DNA of 64,000 bases from Nanobdellota archaeon (lineage in GTDB: Archaea; Nanobdellota; Nanobdellia; Woesearchaeales; UBA583): assembly GCA_048625195.1 (NCBI GenBank), contig JBMCRE010000001.1, positions 5,396-69,395 on the forward strand, read 5' to 3'. How positions within the stretch are numbered: position 1 is the stretch's first letter; every line of letters begins with the position of its first letter. Under the pieces are notes generated by a model. The model was not told the DNA's origin. It saw nothing but the letters and a program-made list of their open reading frames with translations, and searched no databases. Positions 47,133 through 56,880 of this stretch are shown here, in pieces. The position numbers and the translations under genes were made by a program.

Positions 47133-47978
47133 TTAATTTTTATTTATGATTTCTTTAAAGTCTTTTTCTAATGTCAAAAGCATTGCATATCCTTTATCAT
47201 TAGTAGGTTTAAATGTTGATTTTAATTGATTAACATAACTAGATAATCCTTTTTTATCTGTATTTTTTGAAAAATATGAGTCTACTGCAAGTTCAAATAA
47301 TGTTTGAATATTCATATTGTTAGGAGATGTATCTTCTTTGTGATATGCTGTAATAATTTTATCAAATGCCTCACCTAAAGGCATTGAAGTATTAAATAAC
47401 GATACTTGATTTGTTTTTGTATTATAAGTTAGAGTTTCATTTTTACTGCTAATTAAAACTGGATATTTAATAGGAGTTCCATTATAGTCTTGCATAGATT
47501 TTCTATCTAAAAAATGATTTTGTTTATTTAATCTTGATTCTAAACTGCTTATTGCTTCACTTGTTTTGTTTTCAATATTTTTAATCGAATTTGACAAATT
47601 AGCTTCCAAAGATTCAAATCGTTGAGAATCTAATTGACTTTGTACTACTTGAGGCGCATGAAATTCATTTTGCATATCTTTTATTTGTTTAGATTGAGAG
47701 ATATTTAATAATAAAAAATATCCTATAGATGAATATATTAATACTTCTTTTAAAGGAATGTTAGAAAAATTAATATTAGGAATTTTAACATTAGATATAT
47801 AATCTTTCCATTTAAAAAATGATGGTAATTGAAATTGTGACTTTGAAGTATTTATGTTTTGACTATTAGACTCTTCCTCTTTATAAGTAATTGCTGGAGA
47901 TTCTAATGCAGCTTTTATCTTTCTTAACTTTCTTTGTTCTTTAGTTTCTGGGTTAACTTTAAATATATTTAATTCCAT
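47133..47978 (-). CDS. Membrane-anchored protein (type II topology); paralog of the 48162..48830 C-terminal domain
   Basis: TM VLIYSSIGYFLLLNIS at ~aa 80. The C-terminal region (..NIQTLFELAVDSYFSKNTDKKGLSSYVNQL..GYAMLL) aligns with the C-terminus of the divergent 48162 gene (..NTYTLFQLMALGLDNKNISHKELDLYLSKL..GFDAYQNL). Confidence 0.45.
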   Translation of the reverse strand: MELNIFKVNPETKEQRKLRKIKAALESPAITYKEEESNSQNINTSKSQFQLPSFFKWKDYISNVKIPNINFSNIPLKEVLIYSSIGYFLLLNISQSKQIKDMQNEFHAPQVVQSQLDSQRFESLEANLSNSIKNIENKTSEAISSLESRLNKQNHFLDRKSMQDYNGTPIKYPVLISSKNETLTYNTKTNQVSLFNTSMPLGEAFDKIITAYHKEDTSPNNMNIQTLFELAVDSYFSKNTDKKGLSSYVNQLKSTFKPTNDKGYAMLLTLEKDFKEIINKN

Positions 47979-48161
47979 TTTTTATTTATTATATACTTAT
48001 TATTAATATTTATTTATAAATCTTTTCTTATTTTTCACTGTTTAGTAATTAAATTTAATTACAATAAGTGGTAGTGATGAGTTGTTTTTATTTGTAACTA
48101 CTGCCAAGGTGTTACTTTCGATAGGTTTATAAATTACTAATTATTAATAATCTTAAAGAAA

Positions 48162-48830
48162 ATGGGAATTATTAATGAAAACACTGTGAATAAATATAAT
48201 AATGCATTTAATGGAAATTCTAAAGCACAATTAATCAAAAAAGGTTTAATATATGGATTAAGTCTACTTGTTTTAAGTGGAGGAATGTATGGTATTAATA
48301 AAAATAAAAATAATATATCATCAAATTCTAGTCAAGTTGAATTCCTTAAACAACGACAAAATGTACACAAACACAATTTAGAATCTCTAATTGATGATAT
48401 TCAAACTAATGTTGATAATATAGTAGAACAATCTTCTCAACCTCAAAGTTATCTGGAGAAATATCTTGTAGACAATAAAAACAGGTCTAATTATAACTTT
48501 GACATATTTATAGATGATGACTCTCAAAAATTATTAATGACTTATGATAAAAATAATAATCTTATTAAAATAGGTGAAAAAAGCATAAAATTAGATGAAT
48601 TTTTAAATCTTTCATTAGATAATTATTTAAAAAGTGCTCAAAATCAAACTCCTGGAGAGAAAAATACATATACTTTATTTCAATTAATGGCTTTAGGATT
48701 GGATAATAAAAATATCTCTCATAAAGAATTAGATCTATATTTATCAAAACTAGATCAAATATATAAAAAAAACAGCGATAATGGTTTTGATGCTTATCAA
48801 AATTTAAAATTTCAATTAAATAATTTATAA
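48162..48830 (+). CDS. Membrane-anchored protein (N-terminal TM), paralog of 47133..47978
   Basis: TM LIYGLSLLVLSGGMYGI. Shared C-terminal domain as described for the 47133..47978 gene. Divergently transcribed from its paralog. Confidence 0.45.
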   Translation: MGIINENTVNKYNNAFNGNSKAQLIKKGLIYGLSLLVLSGGMYGINKNKNNISSNSSQVEFLKQRQNVHKHNLESLIDDIQTNVDNIVEQSSQPQSYLEKYLVDNKNRSNYNFDIFIDDDSQKLLMTYDKNNNLIKIGEKSIKLDEFLNLSLDNYLKSAQNQTPGEKNTYTLFQLMALGLDNKNISHKELDLYLSKLDQIYKKNSDNGFDAYQNLKFQLNNL

Positions 48831-49050
48831 TTATTATGATTATATATTAAAAAAATATATTAAAATCATCTTTATTTTATCTTATTATAAGTTTCTTAAC
48901 TCCTTATTAATAATAATTAATCATTTTAAATCTGTTCAATATTATATTATATAATGGTGTTTAAGAATAGAGTATAATCTTAAATATATATAAAAATGTA
49001 GGAATTATTATTTAATTTGGAATTTAAATAATAATTAGAATTTATAAAAA

Positions 49051-50370
49051 ATGGGAGATAATTTAAATAAAATTAATTTAGAACATGTAACTAAAGTTGA
49101 AGGTCATGCAGAGGTAGATATTTCTATAAAAAATGGTAAAGTTGAAAAAGCTAATGTTCATAGTGTTGAAGGAGCTAGATATTTTGAAGGATTGATTAGA
49201 GGAAGAAAATATGATGAAGTAACTTTGATTACATCGAGAATTTGTGGAATTTGCTCTTGTGGGCATACTGTGTGCTCAATAAAAGCAATTGAAAATGCTT
49301 TTTCTATAAAAGTAAGTAGACAGACTGAATTATTAAGAGAGCTAATAACTATTGGAGAGAGAATTCGTTCTCATGCATCTCATATTTATTTTTTTTGTTT
49401 ACCTGATTATTTAGGATATTCTTCTGCAATTGATATGGCAAATAAGTATGCATCACAAATAAAAGATGCTATGGATATTGTGCGAGTTGGTAATAATCTT
49501 ATTAAATTAATTGGAGGAAGAGATATGCATCCATTTGTAAGTGTCCCAGGAGGATTTACAAAAATACATTCCCAAGAGGAATTTATTAATATAAAAGAAG
49601 AACTTAAAAATATAATACCTGCAATAAAAAGGACAATTACATTATTTGCAAGTTTAAATGTTCCAAAGTATAAAAAAAAAGATACTATATTTTTATCATT
49701 AGATAATCATAGGTCTTATCCTTTGCATACTGGGGATATAATTACTAATAGTAAAATTAAATTTAAACAAAAAGATTATAAAAATTTCATTAAAGAGACA
49801 TTTCATAAGGGTTCAACTGCTAAATTTGCAACAATTCAAGGCAAAGAATATACTACTGGTGCACTTGCAAGAATAAATAATTCTTATGGTAAATTATCTA
49901 AAGATACTAAAGATATGATTAAAAGATTAAATTTGAATTTTCCATCAACTAATTTATTTGATCAAAATTTAGCTCAAGCATTAGAAATTTTACATTGGAC
50001 TCAAAGAGGAATTGAAATATTAGAAAAAAATAATTTTAAAAGTGAAGATAAACAAGATATTAAATTGCAAAAAGATGTAAAAGAGTATCGAGGTATTGCT
50101 GCAATTGAAGTACCAAGAGGAATTTTATTTCATGATTATACTTTTGATGAAAAAGGTATTTTAATTAATGCTAATATTATTACTCCAACTGTTCAAAATT
50201 TACCTGATATGGAAGTTAATGTTCAAAATTATTTAAATCAAGTTTTAGAAAATGAACCTAATAAAAAAAAGAAAGAATTGGTTTTAGAAATTGAAAAAAT
50301 GATTAGAGCTTTTGATCCTTGTTTTAGTTGTTCAACTCATTTTTTAAAAGTTAATTGGAAAAATAAATAA
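49051..50370 (+). CDS. [NiFe]-hydrogenase large subunit, group 3-like (FrhA/MvhA-type termini); no small subunit adjacent
   Basis: N-terminal VEGHAEV...RICGICSCGH (L1 Ni-binding CxxC). C-terminal DPCFSCSTH (L2 DPCxxCxxH, which defines groups 1-3 rather than group 4). Confidence 0.8.
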   Translation: MGDNLNKINLEHVTKVEGHAEVDISIKNGKVEKANVHSVEGARYFEGLIRGRKYDEVTLITSRICGICSCGHTVCSIKAIENAFSIKVSRQTELLRELITIGERIRSHASHIYFFCLPDYLGYSSAIDMANKYASQIKDAMDIVRVGNNLIKLIGGRDMHPFVSVPGGFTKIHSQEEFINIKEELKNIIPAIKRTITLFASLNVPKYKKKDTIFLSLDNHRSYPLHTGDIITNSKIKFKQKDYKNFIKETFHKGSTAKFATIQGKEYTTGALARINNSYGKLSKDTKDMIKRLNLNFPSTNLFDQNLAQALEILHWTQRGIEILEKNNFKSEDKQDIKLQKDVKEYRGIAAIEVPRGILFHDYTFDEKGILINANIITPTVQNLPDMEVNVQNYLNQVLENEPNKKKKELVLEIEKMIRAFDPCFSCSTHFLKVNWKNK

Positions 50371-50429
50371 AATTGATATTTGTTTTGTTTTTTTAATAAA
50401 TAAATATTATTTGTTTATTTTAATTATAA

Positions 50430-50837
50430 TTAATTTTCTATATTATCTAAAGTTTTACTCCAAAGTTTATGAATGTTACAATATGCTCTTACTTGCAATA
50501 TTTGAGAATTTATTGGAATTATAAATTCTGCTTTTGGTTTTTGATTTGGATTTAATTGTTTTTTTAATGTAATGTCATTATCTGTTATAACTTCTATCCA
50601 TTCAATATAATGTTTTTCTTCCATTGGATGCATAGTTTCACCTATTTGAATATAAATTATATCATCTTGGATTTTAATAAATGGGACGTGTTTTTCTTTT
50701 GATGTATTTATTGTATTTTCTTCTTGAATTTGCATTGGCTGATTACAACATACTAATTCTCCTTCTCCTGTATTTAATATTTTTACAATGTTTCCACAAA
50801 CTTCACATTTATATATTTCATTTAATTTAGTTGCCAT
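50430..50837 (-). CDS. dfx: Desulfoferrodoxin (2Fe superoxide reductase); the track ORF extends to 50885 but the real start is most likely MATKLNEIYK..
   Basis: EIYKCEVCGNIV...GELVCCNQPM (desulforedoxin FeS4 centre). KEKHVP..I......HPM...H.IEWI and C..H.LW (SOR centre). Near-collinear with Desulfovibrio Dfx. Confidence 0.85.
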   Translation of the reverse strand: MATKLNEIYKCEVCGNIVKILNTGEGELVCCNQPMQIQEENTINTSKEKHVPFIKIQDDIIYIQIGETMHPMEEKHYIEWIEVITDNDITLKKQLNPNQKPKAEFIIPINSQILQVRAYCNIHKLWSKTLDNIEN

Positions 50838-50927
50838 ATTATTATTTAAGATATTCATTATTATAAATTTAATTGTTTTACTCAATTTAATTTAGGTTTT
50901 TTGTGATTTTTTTTTTATTTTTTTCAG

Positions 50928-52121
50928 TTGTTAAGTGCGTTTATAAAAAATGATTTATTATATCTATGTATTATGGAAGAAAAATTTTCACCATTAACAT
51001 TTTTAGCATCGTTAGGAGCTGGTGGTATTGCAATAATGCCTTTTGTATTAATGCAATATACATTAGAACATGGAAAAGGTTTAATTACAAGAAGTAAATT
51101 ATGGGATTTAGTAAATACTTTAAATTTAAATTCATATTATTATTTTGGATTAGAATTCGTTATGATATTGTTTACTATTATTCATTTTGTACTTACAATC
51201 TTTTTTGGATATAAATTATTTAAGTGGATGCAAACTAAAGATTATTTATTATTAGTTTCAAATCCTTTAACAAATGCTACTCTTTTAGCACCTTTAATTT
51301 CTATATTAATGACAATGAATGTTTTTATTGGTCCTATTAGATATTTTTTACCAATAATGTATAATAATTTTCAAAGTTTGTTTTTACCTGCAATGATTTT
51401 TTGGAGTATATTATTTGTTTTTATAATGTATGTAGAGGTTAATTTATTAAGTATATCTTTTAAAAAAGGTTTTGATATTGAAAAGATAAATTTTGGTTGG
51501 CTGTTGCATCCATTTTTATTAGGAATGCTTAGTGTTGTAGGTTCTGGGATTGCAGCTATGAGTCAGGATTTTCTGATTGCCAATATTGCAGCTTTTATGA
51601 CTTTAATTTCTGTTAGTATGGGAGTATTTTTATTATTAGTTAAAATGATAGTTTTATTTACAAGACATTTTAGTCTAAAAGGTTTACCTGAAAAGAATTT
51701 TTTGCCAAGTTTTTTAATTGTTATACCAAATATTACTCTATATGCAATTACAGCATTTAGATTAGGACATTTTTTAGAAACACATCAAGGATTTCATTTA
51801 GGACCTTATTTTTATTTAGTAATAGGATTTTTCTTTGCATTTGAAATTTGGTATTTTTTATTTGGATTAACATTATTAGTTGATTATTTTAAGAAACATC
51901 ATTTTAAAGATTTTTATATAACTCAATGGGGTTTGATTTGTCCAGTAGTTGCATTTGGTGTTTTAGGTTCGTTTGCATATAAAATTTTATTGCCTTATAA
52001 AATATTTTATATTATATTAGTTTTAACAATGTTAATTGCAATAATTTTATATTTTGAATTATTATTAAAACATTTTAAATGTTTAAATAGTAAATCTAAA
52101 AAAATTAATTGTCAAATTTAG
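50928..52121 (+). CDS. Polytopic membrane protein (~10 TM), putative transporter (TDT/TehA-like topology)
   Basis: Ten hydrophobic segments. No diagnostic motif recognised. The start may be the internal MEEKF. Confidence 0.35.
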   Translation: MLSAFIKNDLLYLCIMEEKFSPLTFLASLGAGGIAIMPFVLMQYTLEHGKGLITRSKLWDLVNTLNLNSYYYFGLEFVMILFTIIHFVLTIFFGYKLFKWMQTKDYLLLVSNPLTNATLLAPLISILMTMNVFIGPIRYFLPIMYNNFQSLFLPAMIFWSILFVFIMYVEVNLLSISFKKGFDIEKINFGWLLHPFLLGMLSVVGSGIAAMSQDFLIANIAAFMTLISVSMGVFLLLVKMIVLFTRHFSLKGLPEKNFLPSFLIVIPNITLYAITAFRLGHFLETHQGFHLGPYFYLVIGFFFAFEIWYFLFGLTLLVDYFKKHHFKDFYITQWGLICPVVAFGVLGSFAYKILLPYKIFYIILVLTMLIAIILYFELLLKHFKCLNSKSKKINCQI

Positions 52122-52193
52122 TTTTATAACTGAATTTGTTTTAACAATTATTGACTAAAGTTTATAAATTACGAAATTCTTATATATATTATT

Positions 52194-52535
52194 ATGGATG
52201 CGTTAATAATGAGTTATTTAGTAGTATTAATTATATTTATTGTGTCAGCATTACCTTTACATTTTGCTGTTAAATTTGTAGGTGGTAAAACCTATTTTTT
52301 AAAAAGTTTAGTAATTGTTATTTTAACTGGGTTTATTGCCTCTGCTATTACTATATTTTTTCCATTTGCAAATTTAATTATATTTTTGGTTCTAATATGG
52401 ATATATCATGAAGTGTTTAGACTAAAATGGATAAAAGCATTTTTAGTATTAATATTACAAGCTATATTTATGTTTATATTAGCTGTAATATTAGTATTTT
52501 TCTTTAGTTTTAATTTATTATTTAATTTTTTTTAA
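52194..52535 (+). CDS. Small membrane protein (3-4 TM), hypothetical
   Basis: Almost entirely hydrophobic. Confidence 0.3.
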   Translation: MDALIMSYLVVLIIFIVSALPLHFAVKFVGGKTYFLKSLVIVILTGFIASAITIFFPFANLIIFLVLIWIYHEVFRLKWIKAFLVLILQAIFMFILAVILVFFFSFNLLFNFF

Positions 52536-52618
52536 TTAGATTTTTAGTTTAGTTTAGTTATTTTTTCTTTTTTATATTATTATTATTATTATTTTTTATA
52601 TTTATTTTTATTTAATAT

Positions 52619-53476
52619 TTATTCAATTATAATAACTATTAAATATCCTAGAATCATAAATAAAACTATTAATAGAGTATTTATTATATTGAAGTTTGTA
52701 GATAAAATTATTGTTTTTATTGGTGTTGATAAAGCTCCTAATACTAAACCTAATAAAAAAAATAATGTTTTACATTTATCTTTTTTAAATAAATAATCTA
52801 TTACTCTTGATATTGTTATTGCTCCTAATATTGCCCCTATTGCAAAACTTAAAATTATTTTGTATTCTTTGATAATATTATGTAGAGCACCATAAACTAT
52901 ATTGTATAAACCAAGTATATATAATATAAATGAACCTGATATTCCCGGTAAAAACATTGCAGAAATTGCTAAAAATCCTCCAAAAGTTATATATATTAAT
53001 GATGCAGAACTTAAATTGGTTGTATTAAAAAAAATAAAAGATAAACCTATTAAAAAACCAATAAACCCTATTAAATAATTATTAAAACTATAATTTTTTA
53101 ATTCTTTTTTGATAAAAATTGTAGATGCAAAAATTAATCCAACAAAAAATGATAATATTAAACTTTGATAATATTCTAATAAATATAATATTAATTTTGA
53201 AATTAAAAAAATAGCACTAAATATCCCTAAAAATAATATTAATAAAAAATCTATGTTTAATTTAAAGAAGTCTTTTTTAAAATTTTTAAAATCTCCTTTG
53301 AATAGTTTGAGATTCATATAAAAAAAATCTTTATTTGTGAGATTTTTTATTGAAGAGATAAATTTTTCATATATACCAGTAATAAATGCGATTGTTCCTC
53401 CACTTATACCAGGTATTACATCACAAGTTCCCATTGCAAAACCTTTTAAATATACTTTTAAATAATTTTTATTCAT
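52619..53476 (-). CDS. DUF368 (COG2035)-family membrane protein
   Basis: Duplicated P-G-I-S-G-(G/S) motifs, DVIPGISGGTIAFITGIYE and FLPGISGSFILYILGLY, each at the start of a 4-TM half. Confidence 0.5.
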   Translation of the reverse strand: MNKNYLKVYLKGFAMGTCDVIPGISGGTIAFITGIYEKFISSIKNLTNKDFFYMNLKLFKGDFKNFKKDFFKLNIDFLLILFLGIFSAIFLISKLILYLLEYYQSLILSFFVGLIFASTIFIKKELKNYSFNNYLIGFIGFLIGLSFIFFNTTNLSSASLIYITFGGFLAISAMFLPGISGSFILYILGLYNIVYGALHNIIKEYKIILSFAIGAILGAITISRVIDYLFKKDKCKTLFFLLGLVLGALSTPIKTIILSTNFNIINTLLIVLFMILGYLIVIIIE

Positions 53477-53477
53477 T

Positions 53478-54509
53478 TTATATGTTTATAATGATTAAGT
53501 TGTCAATCTCTTTTGCGAATTTGAATAGTCCTTTTGGACAGTTTTCAATAAAAAATATTTTTGGTTTTTGAGATGAGGTGTAATATTTTATGATTTGGTT
53601 TTGATTTGGTTTTTTATAAAAGAAATAACAATCTATCTCGATTAATATTTTTGAGAGTTGTAAATTTGTTTTATAATAAATACCCTTATCATCTTTTTGC
53701 TTACTCTCTATTGTTAAATAATTTTCTTTTAAAAAATTCTCAATAAAATTTTCTTTTTGGTTTTTTTGCATTTTAATGTTTAATTCTTTCTGATTTTTTG
53801 AATTTTGATATGTATTATTATTGTTTTGATTGTTATTAGTTGAATTAAAGTTGTTTGATGTGTTATAATTTGAATTATTATTTAATTGATTAGATTGATT
53901 GCTTAGTTCTTGCTTGATATTTGAATTAAATGTTTGCTGATTGGATTGATTATTGTTGTGATTATTGTTATAGTTTTGATTGTTATTATTATTAGATTGT
54001 TGTTGGGTAGTTGTTGATTTATTGATTTGTTGTTGGTTTTTGTTTTTTTGTGTATTAGATTTGGGATTTAATGCTTCTAATATTTGTGACTTTGTATCAT
54101 CTAAATTTCTTTGATACCAAACCCAAAATTTGAAATTTTTATTATTATTGGTAAGTTCTAATTGGTATGCAAAATCTTTTATATTTCCTATTGCTAATCG
54201 TTCCTGAATCGTCAAACTATTGTCATTAACTATTTGTTTTTCTTTTAGTTTATGAAAGATTTCTTTTTCATTTTTAGAAAGATGTTTCTCGCCTAACTCT
54301 ATTAAAACTGAGGATTGTTTTGGATCATAATAATATGGTGTAGAAGATAATTTTAAATAAGTTATCTTAATTAATTTCTCTTTTGCAAGTTCTGATAGAG
54401 CAGCCGATGCTATTGTTGTTGTTGTATCAAAAACTTGTGCAACAGATGAAGGAATAACAGCTTTTTCTTGTTTTATATATCTTAAAAGATTATCTTTAGT
54501 TAGTATCAT
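53478..54509 (-). CDS. Tandem winged-helix protein with long N/Q-rich low-complexity linker (TFE/TFIIE-alpha-like wH?)
   Basis: Two wH-like units ending in aromatic wings (..ITYLKLSSTPYYYDP.. and ..NFKFWVWYQRNLDD..), reminiscent of the TFE ..GWIYYYW.. wing. Then ~120 aa of NNNQNN repeats, then a C-terminal domain. Confidence 0.35.
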   Translation of the reverse strand: MILTKDNLLRYIKQEKAVIPSSVAQVFDTTTTIASAALSELAKEKLIKITYLKLSSTPYYYDPKQSSVLIELGEKHLSKNEKEIFHKLKEKQIVNDNSLTIQERLAIGNIKDFAYQLELTNNNKNFKFWVWYQRNLDDTKSQILEALNPKSNTQKNKNQQQINKSTTTQQQSNNNNNQNYNNNHNNNQSNQQTFNSNIKQELSNQSNQLNNNSNYNTSNNFNSTNNNQNNNNTYQNSKNQKELNIKMQKNQKENFIENFLKENYLTIESKQKDDKGIYYKTNLQLSKILIEIDCYFFYKKPNQNQIIKYYTSSQKPKIFFIENCPKGLFKFAKEIDNLIIINI

Positions 54510-54777
54510 AGTTATATTAATTTATTTGATTTTTTTAAACTTTGCTATAAGATGAACAGTGATAAAAAAATGAAATTAAAGAATTTTAATAAAATATATT
54601 AAGAAAAATTTAATTTTTAAGAACTTATAAATTTTATTTTATTGAATTAATACTATTAATGATGTTTAATAATGATAAATCGGATTATGCACCTAAAAAT
54701 GCACTTGAATTAAAACAAATATTCTCAATAATTTAATTAATAAAAATATTTTTAAATACTAAAAACATATAGATATT

Positions 54778-56871
54778 ATGAGAATTAAAGAGAAAGAATA
54801 TTTTGATAAGAGTAAAAAATTGTTAGAAATAGATAAAAAAAATATACAAAAACCTGATGCAGAAAGTATTATTAATGATTTAAAAAATGTAATAAGATAT
54901 CATGACTGGAGATATTATGTAAAAAATGATCCTATTATCTCCGATAAAGAATATGATGAACTTTTTGATTTGTTAAAAAATATAGAATCGAAGTGGCATG
55001 ATTTAAGAGATAAGAATTCACCAACTCAAAGAATATCTGAAAAAATTACTGATGAATTTAAAAGTGTTGAACATTTAAAACCTATGTTATCATTAGATAA
55101 TTCGTATGATAAAAATGATATCAAGGATTTTTATAAAAGAGTTAAAAGAAATCTTTCAAAAAAGGATATTAAATATTCTTTGGAACCTAAACTAGATGGT
55201 AGTGGAATCTCTATAATTTATGAAAATGATAATCTTATAAGAGGAGCAACTCGTGGAAATGGAATAAGAGGTGATGATGTTACAGGAAATATAAAGACAA
55301 TAAAAACTATCCCACTAATTGCTAAATTTGACAACGAAGGAATTAAAAAAATAGAAATAAGGGGTGAAGTTTTACTTAGTAAAAAAAGGTTTAATGAAAT
55401 TAATAAGCAACGTAGAAAGAATTCGAAAAATCTTTTTGCAAATCCAAGGAATGCAGCTGCAGGAACAATAAGATTACAAGATCCTAAAGAAGTTTCTAAG
55501 AGAGAACTTGAAATAATTGTATATCAAATAACTACTGCTCTTGATAAAAATGAAAAAGAATTACTTGGAAAAGATATTAAAAGTCAACAAGAAAGCATTA
55601 AACTTCTTAAAAGATTAGGTTTTAAAACTTTGCTTGACGAGACAGAAATCGGAAGAGATATAGATGATATATTAAAATATTCGAAAGAATGGAACAATAA
55701 AAGAGACAATTATCCTTATGAAGTTGATGGTCTTGTAATAAAGATTGATAATATACAATTTCATGAGAAATTAGGTTTTACTTCTAGACATCCAAAATGG
55801 GCTATTGCACATAAGTTTGAAGCAAAGCAAGCTACTACAGAAATAACAGAAGTGATATTTAATGTAGGAAGAAGTGGTATTGTAACTCCTGTTGCAAAAC
55901 TTGATCCTGTTAATATTGGAGGTGTTAATATTTCATCTGTGTCTTTGATTAATGAAGATTTTATAAATGAAAAAGATATACGAGAGAAAGATCAAATACT
56001 TATTGAGAGAGCAGGAGATGTTATACCTTATGTTGTAAAATCTATAAAAGATGCAAGAAAAAAAGATTCAGAAAGGATAAAGTTTCCACAAAAATGTCCT
56101 TCATGTAATCATAAAATAAAAAGAATAGATGATGAAGTTTATTGGAGATGTTTCAATTCTCAATGTCCAGCACAAATAAAAGAGAAAATTAGACACTTTT
56201 CATCTAAAGAATGTATGGATATTAAAGGTCTTAGTGAAAAGACTATAAATAAATTGTATGAGACTGGTGATTTGAGGAATATTGCTGACATATATAGATT
56301 TGATTATGAAAAACTAAAAAGTTATCCAAGATTTGCTAAAAAATCTATTAATAACATTAAGAAAGCTATTGAAGATTCAAAAAGTAGAGATTTATATTGT
56401 CTAATAAATGGATTAGGTATACCACTTATTGGAAAGAATCATTCAAGAATACTTTCATTAAATGTTGATAGCATCGATGATATTATTAAACTAAAAATTA
56501 ATGATATGATAAAATTCGAGGATTTTGGAATTATAACTACTAAAAGTGTTTACAATTTTTTCAAAGAAGAAAGTAACTTAAAAATTATATCAGAATTGAA
56601 AAAATTAGGAGTTAATACTAAAAATAAAAAAAGTACCAAATCTGACAAATTAAAAGATAAAACTTTTGTGTTTACAGGTTCACTTGATGATTATACCAGA
56701 GAAGAAGCACAAAATATTGTTGAAGAACTAGGGGGAAGAGCAACATCATCTATTAGCTCAAATACCGATTTTCTTATTGTTGGAAAAAATGTAGGTTCTA
56801 AATATAATGAAGCTAAAAAGTATGATGTAAAAATTATTAATGAAAAAGAGTTCAAAAAACTTATTAGTTAA
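54778..56871 (+). CDS. ligA: NAD+-dependent DNA ligase (LigA): adenylation, OB, Zn-finger, HhH, BRCT
   Basis: EPKLDGSGISIIY (KxDG adenylation site). CPSCNHKIKRIDDEVYWRCFNSQC (Zn finger). HhH repeats. C-terminal BRCT (KTFVFTGSLDDYTREEAQNIVEELGGRATSSISSNTDFLIVG). Confidence 0.9.
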   Translation: MRIKEKEYFDKSKKLLEIDKKNIQKPDAESIINDLKNVIRYHDWRYYVKNDPIISDKEYDELFDLLKNIESKWHDLRDKNSPTQRISEKITDEFKSVEHLKPMLSLDNSYDKNDIKDFYKRVKRNLSKKDIKYSLEPKLDGSGISIIYENDNLIRGATRGNGIRGDDVTGNIKTIKTIPLIAKFDNEGIKKIEIRGEVLLSKKRFNEINKQRRKNSKNLFANPRNAAAGTIRLQDPKEVSKRELEIIVYQITTALDKNEKELLGKDIKSQQESIKLLKRLGFKTLLDETEIGRDIDDILKYSKEWNNKRDNYPYEVDGLVIKIDNIQFHEKLGFTSRHPKWAIAHKFEAKQATTEITEVIFNVGRSGIVTPVAKLDPVNIGGVNISSVSLINEDFINEKDIREKDQILIERAGDVIPYVVKSIKDARKKDSERIKFPQKCPSCNHKIKRIDDEVYWRCFNSQCPAQIKEKIRHFSSKECMDIKGLSEKTINKLYETGDLRNIADIYRFDYEKLKSYPRFAKKSINNIKKAIEDSKSRDLYCLINGLGIPLIGKNHSRILSLNVDSIDDIIKLKINDMIKFEDFGIITTKSVYNFFKEESNLKIISELKKLGVNTKNKKSTKSDKLKDKTFVFTGSLDDYTREEAQNIVEELGGRATSSISSNTDFLIVGKNVGSKYNEAKKYDVKIINEKEFKKLIS

Positions 56872-56880
56872 TAAAGATAT

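Noticed and set aside
48060-48130. Possible C/D-box sRNA (GTGATGA C-box at ~48074) in the divergent intergenic region
   Set aside because: No matching D box (CUGA) or C'/D' at appropriate spacing. Only a loose hairpin.
48565-49266. Track ORFs 48565..48747(-) and 49078..49266(-)
   Set aside because: Antisense to the 48162 gene and to the hydrogenase large-subunit gene respectively.
50838-50885. N-terminal 16 codons of the track's Dfx ORF (MSKTIKFIIMNILNNN)
   Set aside because: Homology to desulfoferrodoxin begins at MATKLNEIYKCEVCG. The upstream Met codons are probably not used.
53386-53571. Track ORF 61 aa (+) spanning the DUF368 / wH gene junction
   Set aside because: Antisense shadow across two real genes.
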